NCBI GenBank assembly: GCA_044892505.1
Contig: CM097883.1
Location: 306,714,001-306,778,000 of the forward strand
Source: Schmidtea nova
Lineage: Eukaryota
Reading direction: 5' to 3'
Length of the DNA: 64,000 nucleotides
Positions 47,801 through 55,900 of this stretch are shown here, piece by piece (within the stretch, counting starts at the first letter, position 1; every line of letters starts with the position of its first letter). Under the pieces are notes generated by a model. It had not been told where the DNA came from, made no database searches, and was given only the letters and a program-made list of their open reading frames with translations. The translations under genes and the position numbers were made by a program.

Positions 47801-50800
47801 GTTACTTGTACTGTCGTAGGTAATTCTTGTATTCTTTCGAAAATGTTATCGTCTTTTTCCTTTGTTAGTTCGGTTAATTCTTCTATCATATCGTCGCTGT
47901 CTGTTAAAATTTCGTCCACGTCGTATGGTTGTGGTGGAGTCATTTCTCTATTCCCTCTGGGTGTTGTCTCAGATCGTCTTGAACTTGTCCCTGGCGTTGG
48001 TACTGATTTCATCGGGCTCGGCGTACTTATACTTCCGTGTGGTTTATGGTTTTCTTCTTTACGTTTTAATGGTTGACCTGCTATTGCTTCTACTGTCAAG
48101 GTATTCATGAGATCTAGTTGTGCTGGCGTTATTCCGATTTCCAAACTGTTATCTAATGATCGTCCTTGGTGTTGTAAATGGAATGGTGGTTCGTATCTCA
48201 ATTTCTTTTTAATATCTCGAATTTTTTCTGCTATTCCTACCCACAATTCTTCCTTATCCTTGTTTGGATATATTATTCTTAAATGCACTTTTTGTGGAAT
48301 TTCCTGCGAGAATTCTTGATTTCTCCATTTCCTAATTACGTGGTCTAGTTGTTCCGGGCACCACTCGTTAACTCTTTTATATTCTGCGATTGCCTTTGCC
48401 ACTTTACGCAAGCATGTTATATCTTCTCCATTAACCACGAAAAAATCTGCGAGACCTTTTATTATTTTTCTCTTACCGTGCGCATTAGTTTTTAATAATT
48501 CGACAAATTCCTCCGTTTTTTGCTTTTCCTTTTCTAACCATATGGCCACTGTTTCTGGTCCATCTAGGTCTATTGGCGTGGCTTTCCTTGTCACCATGCA
48601 AACCCTTCTCATTTCCGGTTCGCAGTCATATTCCATTCCTCTTTCATATTCTTCTTCATATTCCCCTTCCTTTGGTACCCAACATTTTCCTTTCTCGTTC
48701 CATTGTTTTTCTACGGGTGTTCGTCTTTGTCTGTTGAGATTGAGTTCTTCTAATACATTTTCCCACTCTGGCCAAATTCGCCAATTTCGATAGATGTCTA
48801 CTATTTGTTGTAATTTGCGCACAACTTCTTTCCGTCGTTCCCGTTCTCTTTTCTCATCTTTAGCAGTTTCTCTGGGTGTATCGTCCATTCTGATAACGTG
48901 GATGGTTTGGTGATTATCCCATATACCGATTTTATATAGTCGTCTCTCATCGTGATCCCATAATACATGTTCGTTATATTGTATGATTATGTCGTCTTCC
49001 CATTCGTCTTCTGGTTCTCTTTGCACTAGTGTCTCGTTGATGACATTTATTAATTCTTTAATGGTGCAATCCGCTACTACTTCAATTTCTTTGGTGTCTT
49101 CATTAGGCAATTCCACTGAAATTTTTAGATCTGTTATTTTCCCTTGTCTGAACATTGTTTTTCCCATTTTTGCGATTAATTTGTCGTGTGAGATTTGTGA
49201 CCATCTCGTATGACTTGTGTCACGTATGCACTCAATACATTGTTTCAATTTCTCGTATTCGCTTCTCATTAACTCCTTTCTATGTTTTTTGACTTGTGGT
49301 ATGATTTGCTCTATCAGGGAATTTAGATTCTTTCGTAAGACTCGTTCTTTCTCGTATTCTAACCGAGGTTTTATTCTCCTTTCAAAGCACGTGTTTGCTT
49401 CCCTTGCAACTTCTTGTAGGTTCTCTTCTTCCTTCTCATCACATATTGATAACAGAGTTATTTCTCCTGGCCATATACCTGTTTCTACTAAGTGCGTTCT
49501 TTTCTTTACGAGTCTATTCTGCGAATAGATGAATTTGTTTTTATATGAGCTCCCTAGTCTATCCTCTACCCATCTGTAGATATCGTCTGTAAATGGAGTT
49601 TTGATCCAGATTCTTGGTGTAGATGTATTTATTATTATTGAGATGGTGTAATTGAGGAGTGGTTCCTCTATTAATTTCCCTACGTATCGATTTAACATGT
49701 CCACTTCCCGATCTTGTAACCATTCTTTGTAGTTCATTTGTAGTAATGCTTTCATGAATTTCCGATATTGTTTCTTGTCCATGAACTCTTCGTTATATAT
49801 TACTTCTAGCGAGTTATCTAGTAATTTCTGGATTTCATCTACTTTTATCTGTGTAGGTTCTGAGGTCTTTATTACTTTTATCTCTTTGTTTTCGTCTTCG
49901 GATTCGTTTAATATGTCTCCTGCTAGGCTACTGATGTCGCTATCTTCTTCCTCATCGGAAAACTCTCTGGCGGTATTTCTTAACATTTTAATATGTGCTA
50001 TTTGGTTCGTTTCTCCTTGTATATTCTTCGTTGGTTCTGGTTCGTTTTTGTCAATCTCTGGTGTTGGTTCCCTCTTGTCCTCTATTACTTCGACTTTTCT
50101 CATTTTCTTCTCCAACTCGTCTATCTCTTTCAAACGTCTTCTTATCATTTTTCCTTTAAATATTCGACTGATTCGGGTTTCGCGACGCACTGGTGGTGGA
50201 ATTTCTTCTGATTCTATTTCTTTGATTCTCATCACATTTCTTTTTGTCTCTGTTACTCCCATGTTTTCCCATATATCCGTTAATTTCAATTTTACTGATG
50301 GTGCATCTCCTATTTGTAAGAACGCTTCTCTGGGCAGTTTCGTTACTCCTGGAATCATCTGGTTTACTTTATTGAATAGTATTTCCACCTTTTCTTTTGC
50401 GTTATATTGGAATCGAAACACATGGTCGTTGGGCATGATTACCATCATTCCTTTTTTCCAAATTTTCCTTCTCTCTTCTTGGTTTATCTTAGTTTCCTCT
50501 TCCTTTTCTACTTCTTTTTCTACTTTCTCATCTTTTTGTACTATTTCTTTTCCACTTTCGTTGTCGGCTGAATTCATTTCTAGTGTGGTTTCTTTTTCGC
50601 GAGTATCTGTTTGGTTTGTTGCTCTTAGCATGTTGATTCTTAGAGGTTGTCGCTCTCTTTCTTGTTGTTTTTGTTCGTCTTCTCTTTGTATTCTTGCCCA
50701 TTCCTGAGCGTGTCGTGCTTGACTTTCTCGATTCAATCGTTCGTTTTCGCTTTCTATTTTTCTCATCATGCTAATTTGTTGTTGGTTGGTTTGCGGATTC

Positions 50801-52302
50801 CCTCTCGTCGTATTGTTTATAAGTTCCGTCAATCTTTGAACTTCTTGCATCAAATGTATTTCTTTGGTGGTAGTTTTGTTCTGATTATTGTTATTATTGG
50901 CTTGTTGGTTTCCATAATCTTGTCGATTTGCAGTATTTGTTTGATTTCCGTAATTTGGTCGGTTTCCGTTGTTCTGCCAATTTCCTCGTTGATTACCTTT
51001 TTGTCCGCAATTCCTTGAGTAGTGACCAGGTCGTCCGCAATTAAAACAGATTATCGTAGAACATCTACTCTCCGAGTGTCCTTTAACTCCACATTTTCCG
51101 CAATTCAAATTTTGATAGCATTCTTGCTGCCAATGTCCCAATTTTCCACATGTTTTACATTGTTTTGTTTGTCCTTGAGGATTGTAATTGTTTTGGTTTC
51201 TAAAGTTTTGCACTTTATTTCCTTCGTTCCTTCGTTGAGGGGGTGGTCGGTTTAATTGTTGCGAATTTGGAATGTGATTGTTGAGATTTACTTCTGGTTC
51301 GGTTTGCGCCGTGTCCATGGCCAAATAAATTCTACCCTCACTTCCTATCATATGCAGTTCGAATCTGTTAGCTGTTTCTAGTGCTTGGTCTAAGGTTTTA
51401 CATCCTTGGCATCCCACTTGTGCTCTTATGTCGGGTCTTCTTAGTCCTCCTATGAAGATAGCTGCCATTAACTCCTCGTTTATTGGACCTCCATCCTTGA
51501 ATACCGATTTTGCTAATTTTTTCAGTTCGCTCGCGTATACCGCATTAGATTCATTCATCTTTTGTTTCCTCATTGAAAATTCTATGAATGCTTCGCTTAG
51601 CACTTTATTTATCCCAAATGTTTGTTGGAAAAAGTCCTTTATCGCTGGCCAGTCTGCAGGTGGATTTGTACCGTTTTTTGCTTCCAAATATAGGTCCAAT
51701 GCGCTATCTTTCAAATATAACTGTATTCTACTTGCTGTTGTCTCAGCTTTCCATTTGCATACTTCCACAAATATGCCAAATTCCTTTAAAAAAATTTCTA
51801 ATTTACTCGCATCTCCGTTAAACGGTTCTCCTGAAAATTTATCCTTTATTTCTTCTCTTGGTTCACCCATTTCAATTCCGCTGTCTTGAGTTATTTTACT
51901 TTCGTTTCCTCTTGTTTCTAGTTCGTTGTTATGTTCGTCTTCTGTTCCACTCGAGCTTGAATCGCTTTCAGTTTCTCTTATTACTACGTTATCTGATATT
52001 ATACTTTCGTTATCACTCTCGTTGGTTTCTACCTCTGGTTCTACCTCGTTTTCTACTTCTTCGATATTATCGTTGTTAGTTTCGTCGCTTTCTATTTCGC
52101 TTGTTTGGTTCTCCTTGGGTTCCGCTTGGTTCTCTTTGTTACTTGAGCTGTTGCTTACTACTGACAATTTATCGTTTTCGATAATTGATTTATCTCTTAT
52201 TATTTTCCTCGCTTTACTCCCTTGTGGGTTTTTGTGGTTATCTTTGCCGGCTTTCTGCTTTTTTGTTGGCTTTATTGCGACACTCTTTGCTCCTTTTCTC
52301 AA
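41872..52302 (-). CDS. gag-pol: Polyprotein part 1 (3476 aa): Gag - Ubl-like - Bcl-2-like - glycoprotein - protease - RT - RNase H - integrase N-terminus
   Basis: Capsid-like PFNGD...FLKEF (~51330-51845); three CCHC knuckles (51007-51160); DTG (44479-44487); YIDD (43261-43272); LATDASGYAAGAVL, TDHQPL and NANADCMSR; HHCC (H..GGH...CLTC). First in-frame ATG at 51870. Confidence 0.96.
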   Translation of the reverse strand: MRKGAKSVAIKPTKKQKAGKDNHKNPQGSKARKIIRDKSIIENDKLSVVSNSSSNKENQAEPKENQTSEIESDETNNDNIEEVENEVEPEVETNESDNESIISDNVVIRETESDSSSSGTEDEHNNELETRGNESKITQDSGIEMGEPREEIKDKFSGEPFNGDASKLEIFLKEFGIFVEVCKWKAETTASRIQLYLKDSALDLYLEAKNGTNPPADWPAIKDFFQQTFGINKVLSEAFIEFSMRKQKMNESNAVYASELKKLAKSVFKDGGPINEELMAAIFIGGLRRPDIRAQVGCQGCKTLDQALETANRFELHMIGSEGRIYLAMDTAQTEPEVNLNNHIPNSQQLNRPPPQRRNEGNKVQNFRNQNNYNPQGQTKQCKTCGKLGHWQQECYQNLNCGKCGVKGHSESRCSTIICFNCGRPGHYSRNCGQKGNQRGNWQNNGNRPNYGNQTNTANRQDYGNQQANNNNNQNKTTTKEIHLMQEVQRLTELINNTTRGNPQTNQQQISMMRKIESENERLNRESQARHAQEWARIQREDEQKQQERERQPLRINMLRATNQTDTREKETTLEMNSADNESGKEIVQKDEKVEKEVEKEEETKINQEERRKIWKKGMMVIMPNDHVFRFQYNAKEKVEILFNKVNQMIPGVTKLPREAFLQIGDAPSVKLKLTDIWENMGVTETKRNVMRIKEIESEEIPPPVRRETRISRIFKGKMIRRRLKEIDELEKKMRKVEVIEDKREPTPEIDKNEPEPTKNIQGETNQIAHIKMLRNTAREFSDEEEDSDISSLAGDILNESEDENKEIKVIKTSEPTQIKVDEIQKLLDNSLEVIYNEEFMDKKQYRKFMKALLQMNYKEWLQDREVDMLNRYVGKLIEEPLLNYTISIIINTSTPRIWIKTPFTDDIYRWVEDRLGSSYKNKFIYSQNRLVKKRTHLVETGIWPGEITLLSICDEKEEENLQEVAREANTCFERRIKPRLEYEKERVLRKNLNSLIEQIIPQVKKHRKELMRSEYEKLKQCIECIRDTSHTRWSQISHDKLIAKMGKTMFRQGKITDLKISVELPNEDTKEIEVVADCTIKELINVINETLVQREPEDEWEDDIIIQYNEHVLWDHDERRLYKIGIWDNHQTIHVIRMDDTPRETAKDEKRERERRKEVVRKLQQIVDIYRNWRIWPEWENVLEELNLNRQRRTPVEKQWNEKGKCWVPKEGEYEEEYERGMEYDCEPEMRRVCMVTRKATPIDLDGPETVAIWLEKEKQKTEEFVELLKTNAHGKRKIIKGLADFFVVNGEDITCLRKVAKAIAEYKRVNEWCPEQLDHVIRKWRNQEFSQEIPQKVHLRIIYPNKDKEELWVGIAEKIRDIKKKLRYEPPFHLQHQGRSLDNSLEIGITPAQLDLMNTLTVEAIAGQPLKRKEENHKPHGSISTPSPMKSVPTPGTSSRRSETTPRGNREMTPPQPYDVDEILTDSDDMIEELTELTKEKDDNIFERIQELPTTVQVTNTGETEVEEEIIIEEVNDLTEDETRGANVENVRLTQEMERWLEERANEPRDVTEETGRATRFVETGTGMDRRPRGRPKTDPANVVIRNKDEKRQDQWEVCLKKLNKIAEIKEKETTPICQGEEWISKTIMEILAIIDPELKKYWRITEISEKAKSLHSAIAPILPEFIKEKTKSNHLDWQGTTTLIKKLTEGAETDNKYVIAIAYNIYNLLTLSRGRPKPTALERHIKNTAKIISKEIEPYVINNGGWETFIKTNQKKTQAKNMKKKFEKILEELGKEQAGTRNAKSSMNLSSIIMMMLIWMISTDSATAFEVFDCDQIKLGEKYSLRGTEQCKDATPVELQKIKKEQWYHVYQEAELIKTMVNECKVQKTRFAFYCGRGHYSAIVMPGTEREPIVLQGEDCEALFKHGEVTTRDKIKIKGKPGMMMQQTYYVAGRITGGEGYCQGETYPMFGTLATNLVVMDTYIVELKSYEAFFEPTTGEMKTLSMCKIDRSMCQTGMSTLVYKPKVNECQLQLLQGAQFDEIQGKTFQEEDDDDKARAKHLKEALENKRQLKPDQREKRIEMRATPTVLITTNQDVGMRFIKGKATLKCSTTVYETNYPGIYVSKQEVPNAKPKIDTMDIKLHLYVNNKMDFLFHRGQASLQKVYYDLINNDCILNREILKTKLAVAITNPDSAMPLLPLREGHFGRVVGEAMYVYICEKTHASLAATTQLKPGTCTNELEIDYKGKVRYVQPVTRIINPPGFEPNPFNCSNAYGPLYQKPDGKWVMFPGRSEVIAPREFELMQLSKDRQFSDVDVSNNGIYSPKDLEAARQNILFPARREALLSNIVTITGGTDYREGPNYELLLSPAHFKKATENMMKAMWGRFLIFGQMMAGILGVILIIQIVRVIITQMLACFDIYKREKRVNWKMVVGFLPFLAKTMVLHGHSKDIHRIKRLLKILAKMKRTDEEVGRKFKKIMNDEQARQQLKKERKGLWERMKGYKTQNDSSDDDDDDDDYKGGQVYKNQAPQYIEKNPADAWKCYAPPPTMYQEPLQGGKNGTMQMMPMTNVYPMIPEDYKMRRCRSVDPQGDTHTIAVMSSNTGPVLTTTIEINGREIEAMIDTGANMSAIDIKWIPQEQRREIERTNVHVIACSKEVVEVAGRWWVKIRHLNTEIDTYVAVIPALSVPCIIGTDLMPALFKEIVIDLGTMRLKDRTGQICAIEAKVTSSKQMIIPARKEKICYVKIDPTIQGDMIFEPSKRFEKRKALPMARGLVNINDDGEIPINVVNFDEEDKIIYENERLGKLTPMMDIELPIEGAEKDKEPTWNIDSELLNEDQRKQLEKLLMEYKDIFAASDLDLGTCDVTLHTIPLTDETPIALRPYKLAEAQKAVAETEVKKMLDAEVIEPSCSPWQFPVVMVKKKDGTQRFCIDYRRLNTVTKRDTYPLPDINEMLLTLQGAAYFTSLDLKSGYWQIKMKEEDKEKTAFTIGRDLYQFRKMPFGLTNAPASFQRCMNFVTHGIKQCMVYIDDLLIYSGTFEQHIQDIRDVFVRLRQWKLKLKPSKCDWAKEKVTFLGHIVSAKGKEPDPRNIDKVKECPVPKTITQIQEFLGLCGYYRKFIKDYAGIAKPIQELVKKDVSFIWGDEQQTAFEKLRDKLITAPILVHPDFKKPFLLATDASGYAAGAVLGQYDDEGKERVIGYYSRTFKKHEKNYSVTEREALAIILAIKHFKYLLWGHIICITTDHQPLVWLGQHKETSSRLMRWAMQLQEYSPDIKFKTGRANANADCMSRLTFPELTDPDVQRICVLIAEDLDFSELKKDQQEDRELGQIIEFLTSRNMEVLKDNKELKEHIGKYQHRYIINKGWLLIQDGEKRLMCLPENRRKEIMIQYHDGKLGGHMSEKKTINRMRQKYYWRTMEEDIKEWIKNCLTCATRKDSGKKWKNPLQPMPIPAEPMTTIAMDVIGPLPESLNGNIYILVITDYLTKFPEAFAM
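44800..46935 (-). other. env: Envelope-like glycoprotein domain within the polyprotein (chuvirus/Jingchuvirales-G-like)
   Basis: Signal-like MNLSSIIMMMLIWMISTDSATA (46870-46935), then FEVFDC...SLRGTEQC, a Cys-rich ectodomain, DCILNREILKTKLAVAITNP...GRVVGEAMYVYIC and a TM at 45100-45195. The motif pattern matches my recollection of chuvirus-type glycoproteins; not confirmed by search. Confidence 0.8.
47040..47510 (-). other. Bcl-2-like helical domain within the polyprotein
   Basis: BH2-like IEPYVINNGGWETF (47047-47090); weaker BH1-like NHLDWQGTTTLI upstream. Confidence 0.55.
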
Positions 52303-52891
52303 CTGGATTACTTTTATATTATCAATTTTCTTGTCCTATCTATTATCGTTTTTCTGATTCTTCTTGTTGCTTGATTGATTTGATTGATTTGTATATCTAA
52401 AATACAAAGGTCCTCAACGATACCTTATTGTTATCGTCGCGCTTTTATTCCCTTTCTTTCGGGATTACTTATTACTGGGTTTTCATTATTTCCCATTCCC
52501 AGATTCCCCTTTATTTTTAGTCTATTTAAATTATCTATAGACTGGTCACAATTATCTATTTATGTCGTAATAATTATCTATGTTTTATCAAATCCATTAC
52601 TTTTCCCACAGTTTCCCAATTTATTGGTCGCTCGAGCGCTCTAATTCCCTGAGTCTTTCTGACTCGTTTATCATTTCTATTCATTATTCTCTGATAGCGA
52701 TCGTTTTACTCATTCTGCCGGTTGCTCCGGTCAGCCCAAATTTTTACTATTCTCCTTGCATGCTTTATTTAAGGTTGCATAATCAGCTTTACTCGCATTT
52801 CTTAACTACTAGTGCGCACTATTCTAAATCTCGTCGACGATTACACTATGGGTCTATATTACTATTTATCCGGATATCTCTATAATCCACT

Positions 52892-53111
52892 ATGGCTCTT
52901 TTGGCCTCAATTTTATATCTCACATGGCTCTATTGGCCTCATTTTACTATCTCAAATGGCTCTATTGGCCTCAATTTAATATCTCACATGGCTCTATTGG
53001 CCTTAATTTAATATCTCACATGGCTCTATTGGCCTTAATTTAATATCTCACATGGCTCTATTGGCCTTAATTTAATATCTCACTGGCTCTATTGGCCTCA
53101 AATTAATCTCT
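52892..53111. repeat. 32-bp tandem repeat x7 in the element 5' leader
   Basis: atggctctattggcct(c/t)aatttaatatctcac at 52892, 52924, 52956, 52988, 53020, 53052 and ~53084. Confidence 0.95.
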
Positions 53112-53155
53112 CCATAACGCCTAGCTAGGTCATTCAATAAGGCTCGTTGGCCTCA

Positions 53156-53270
53156 ACCCTTTTTTTCAAGGGACAAACCGCTAATAACCCTTTGTTTCAA
53201 GGGACAACTCTAATAACCCTTTGTTTCAAGGGACAAATCTCCTAACCCTTTGTTTCAAGGGACAAACCTC
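53156..53270. repeat. ~29-30 bp repeat x4, each with hairpin-forming CCCTT-N6-AAGGG, in the 5' leader
   Basis: aaccctttgtttcaagggaca at ~53156, 53186, 53215 and 53244. Confidence 0.9.
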
Positions 53271-53747
53271 GTATAACTTTACTTAACCGGTTAATCACAA
53301 TTCCCTACTTCGCTAGCGATTAAAATTTCTCAGCTGAGTTATAACTACTTCTATGCGAGCTGACTATGCACCTTTTATTCTCTCAAAATTGTCATTTATC
53401 TCTTTATTCTATCATAACTAATTCCTGATCAGTCTGCTTCAACTTTTTATTTATTTTTCTCTATGCGCGCTTTACTCCATCGAGATTTCCCCATCTTTCT
53501 CCCCAACCACAATATACAAAAAGATCGCGTTGGTCTATTAATGCAGGATGTGGTGATCAATCACATCACAAAAACTTTCCAACATTTGCGATGGGCCCCT
53601 TTCTATATACTTGACTAGGTTGATCAATTGGTACCCCTCAATGGATTCTTATCGGACTACTTTGCAGTAGCTCAAAAATTATTTAAATACAATGATTGTT
53701 CCCATGATTCACCATTCGACATTTTACTAATCAACTCTAAACATTTA

Positions 53748-54251
53748 TTACAAATAAACTATAATTTTTTCATTCACAGTAAAGTTGCACATCGGACACC
53801 GGTCACGCTTGTTGGCACAGTTCTTACAAAAACGGAGATGTCCGCAAGGTAAAAACATAATTTGTATTTCGTTGTTTTCACATATATAGCACTGTCGGTA
53901 TTTTTTCGCTGCTTCTACCCCTTGCGCCCTCCATCGATTGTATGTTGGGGTTAATTGTTGTTCTATTTGTCTGCATCTAATGTTTAGCTCCGCATTCTCT
54001 AGTCGTGCTCGGTACCATTTGTAGCGGGTTTTTATGTCGATTTTACTTGTTCTTTCTGTTATCTTTATTAATTCATCTGTTTCTTCGGTCTGTGTTGTGG
54101 GTTCTTGAAATTCAATTTCTCTAAATCGGTTTATTTTCTTGCCAATTGTTGCTAATGTTTCGTTTTCTGTGTTGAGAAATTCTTCGATTTCTTTCAGTTT
54201 TTCCTCCATTTGCTGAATAAATAATCGTTTTAACTTTGTTGTTTTTATCAT
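53748..54251 (-). CDS. Leader ORF: coiled coil + C-terminal C3HC4 RING (IAP/MDM2/Neuralized type), no BIR seen
   Basis: CYICENNEIQIMFLPCGHLRFCKNCANKRDRCPMCNFTVNEKIIVYL at the extreme C-terminus. Confidence 0.88.
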   Translation of the reverse strand: MIKTTKLKRLFIQQMEEKLKEIEEFLNTENETLATIGKKINRFREIEFQEPTTQTEETDELIKITERTSKIDIKTRYKWYRARLENAELNIRCRQIEQQLTPTYNRWRAQGVEAAKKYRQCYICENNEIQIMFLPCGHLRFCKNCANKRDRCPMCNFTVNEKIIVYL

Positions 54252-54254
54252 TTT

Positions 54255-54362
54255 TAAAGTAGTAATATGTCTCGTTTTGTGAATTTAATATTTATTTAAA
54301 GTAGTAATATGTTTCGTTTTGTGAATTTAATATTTATTTAAAGTAGTAATATGTTTCGTTTT
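54255..54362. repeat. 42-bp tandem repeat x2.6 directly upstream of the RING ORF
   Basis: taaagtagtaatatgt(c/t)tcgttttgtgaatttaatatttatt at 54255, 54297 and 54339. Confidence 0.92.
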
Positions 54363-54604
54363 GCATCTTTTAGGGTTTATTTACTCTCCCCGTGTTTCCG
54401 AAAATTGTCGTCCCGACAAATTGTTTATGCATGCATTCGATTTTTATATCTTTACTTTTATTTGCTGTTGTGTTTGTTGTTTATTTTTGTACATCATTTA
54501 GATTTAATTACCAATTTTCTGTTTTTATTAAATTTATTCACACGACACGAGCACTTTAAACTTCTCTGCAGATTTTTCATTCACCTTTTTCCGATAAAAC
54601 GAAG

Positions 54605-54625
54605 CAAATCCCGGCTGAGCCCCCA
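54605..54625 (-). promoter_or_regulatory. Primer-binding site, tRNA-Pro type
   Basis: TGGGGGCTCAGCCGGGATTTG lies 6 nt inside the 5' LTR. It differs at 2 of 18 positions from the canonical tRNA-Pro PBS TGGGGGCTCGTCCGGGAT. Confidence 0.88.
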
Positions 54626-55125
54626 AATTTATGCTGGGTTCATGGACGGGTTGGTAAAAATTCAAATGACGGCTAGGGATCTCCCATCCATGATCATGCA
54701 TAAATAGTCGTAAGTTACACTCGAGCGCCCTTGATTATTTCCCTTGATAACCAAGTTGGTGATGCGCAGGGTGATTAAACAATGAGGGGCAGGTGAGCAC
54801 TATTGCTAGGACTACTCCCCCTTTTTGTTTACGGGTTCACGCGGCCGTAGAAGGACTTACGCAATTATAGTTCTATTGTGTGTGTGTGTGAGGTTATGTA
54901 TTTACCATAAAAACAAAAAAAACAAACAAGCAAAACGAAAACTACGAATTTGATAATATTTAAGTCTTTATCGCTACTCCTTTCGTTGGGTGACGGGTAA
55001 TTTACAGTTAATGGTATGAATTATGTAATCGAAGGAAAAATACTTAGGGATTATCAACAACAAAAAAAAAACAAAGACGAGCTAAAATTTAATTAAGTCC
55101 ACAATCTGACATTGCATTCTATCTG

Positions 55126-55761
55126 TCATAGGAATTCCTTGAATATTCCTTCAGGTGGGAACATCTCTGCTAACCACTCGGCTTCCGACATTTCTGCCAT
55201 CGTGGTTACTTGTGTCTGCAATTGCTGAGAAAACAGCTTCCTTTGGCGACGGCGCTTGGAGCCGATTCGTTTTCGCTTATTCGGTTTTCCGGCGGGAGTT
55301 GGTGCCGTGGTGGTTTCCACCCGACTCTGCGCTGTTATTGCCTCGAGTCCATCGGTGTCTGTACTGATTGAGCAGGCCACTTTTTGTTCTCCTACCCAAT
55401 TCTGGTAAGTAATGGGTCGGATTTGTGTTTTCAATTCGGACTCGATAAATGAAGTCGTCACCGAATGAAGACATCGGCGCAACTCAATTTTTGTTGCTTC
55501 CCATTCGGTGCGATAATCGTCAGCTGTCCTTTGAGCCCTTTCTGTCCGACTCATTTGCTCCTTCATACGGGCTGGTGCGAACCAGCTGGTCCGTAAATGC
55601 TGAATCTGAGCTTCTGCCTTGGCTCGTAAGGCTTTCTCTTGGTTTAGCTCCTTCTCCAATGCTCGGCGGATTCTCCACGCCTTGTCCAATTCTCGCTGTT
55701 GGCTAGTTTCCGTCATACTAAATAACAAACCCAATTTATAATGCATCAAATATGTTACCAA
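55126..55761 (-). CDS. LTR ORF B, 5' LTR copy
   Basis: Same as 28521-29156. Confidence 0.6.
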   Translation of the reverse strand: MVTYLMHYKLGLLFSMTETSQQRELDKAWRIRRALEKELNQEKALRAKAEAQIQHLRTSWFAPARMKEQMSRTERAQRTADDYRTEWEATKIELRRCLHSVTTSFIESELKTQIRPITYQNWVGEQKVACSISTDTDGLEAITAQSRVETTTAPTPAGKPNKRKRIGSKRRRQRKLFSQQLQTQVTTMAEMSEAEWLAEMFPPEGIFKEFL

Positions 55762-55900
55762 GAATTAATATTATCCGTCGAGTGTAAAAATCATATGATT
55801 AAATAAATAGAAATAAATTTAACTAAAACAAACAAAAACACGGATCAACACCATTTAATTTATTGAAATCGTTTAGTTTATAAAAATGTGAATATAATGT

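Noticed and set aside
48300-49800. Death-fold (CARD/DED) domains in the polyprotein
   Set aside because: The segments are helical, but I could not match a diagnostic motif; this needs a profile search.
33049-52400. Many long plus-strand ORFs over the giant element (e.g. 33649-34599, 36533-37315, 49754-50707)
   Set aside because: They are antisense shadows of A-rich sense ORFs. The F/L/S-rich translations have no recognisable motifs.
52892-53270. Possible CRISPR-like array
   Set aside because: The units are contiguous tandem repeats without unique spacers, there are no cas genes, and the context is eukaryotic.
54605-54625. tRNA gene
   Set aside because: Only 18-21 nt matching a tRNA 3' end including CCA, next to an LTR. 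This is a PBS; no cloverleaf is present.
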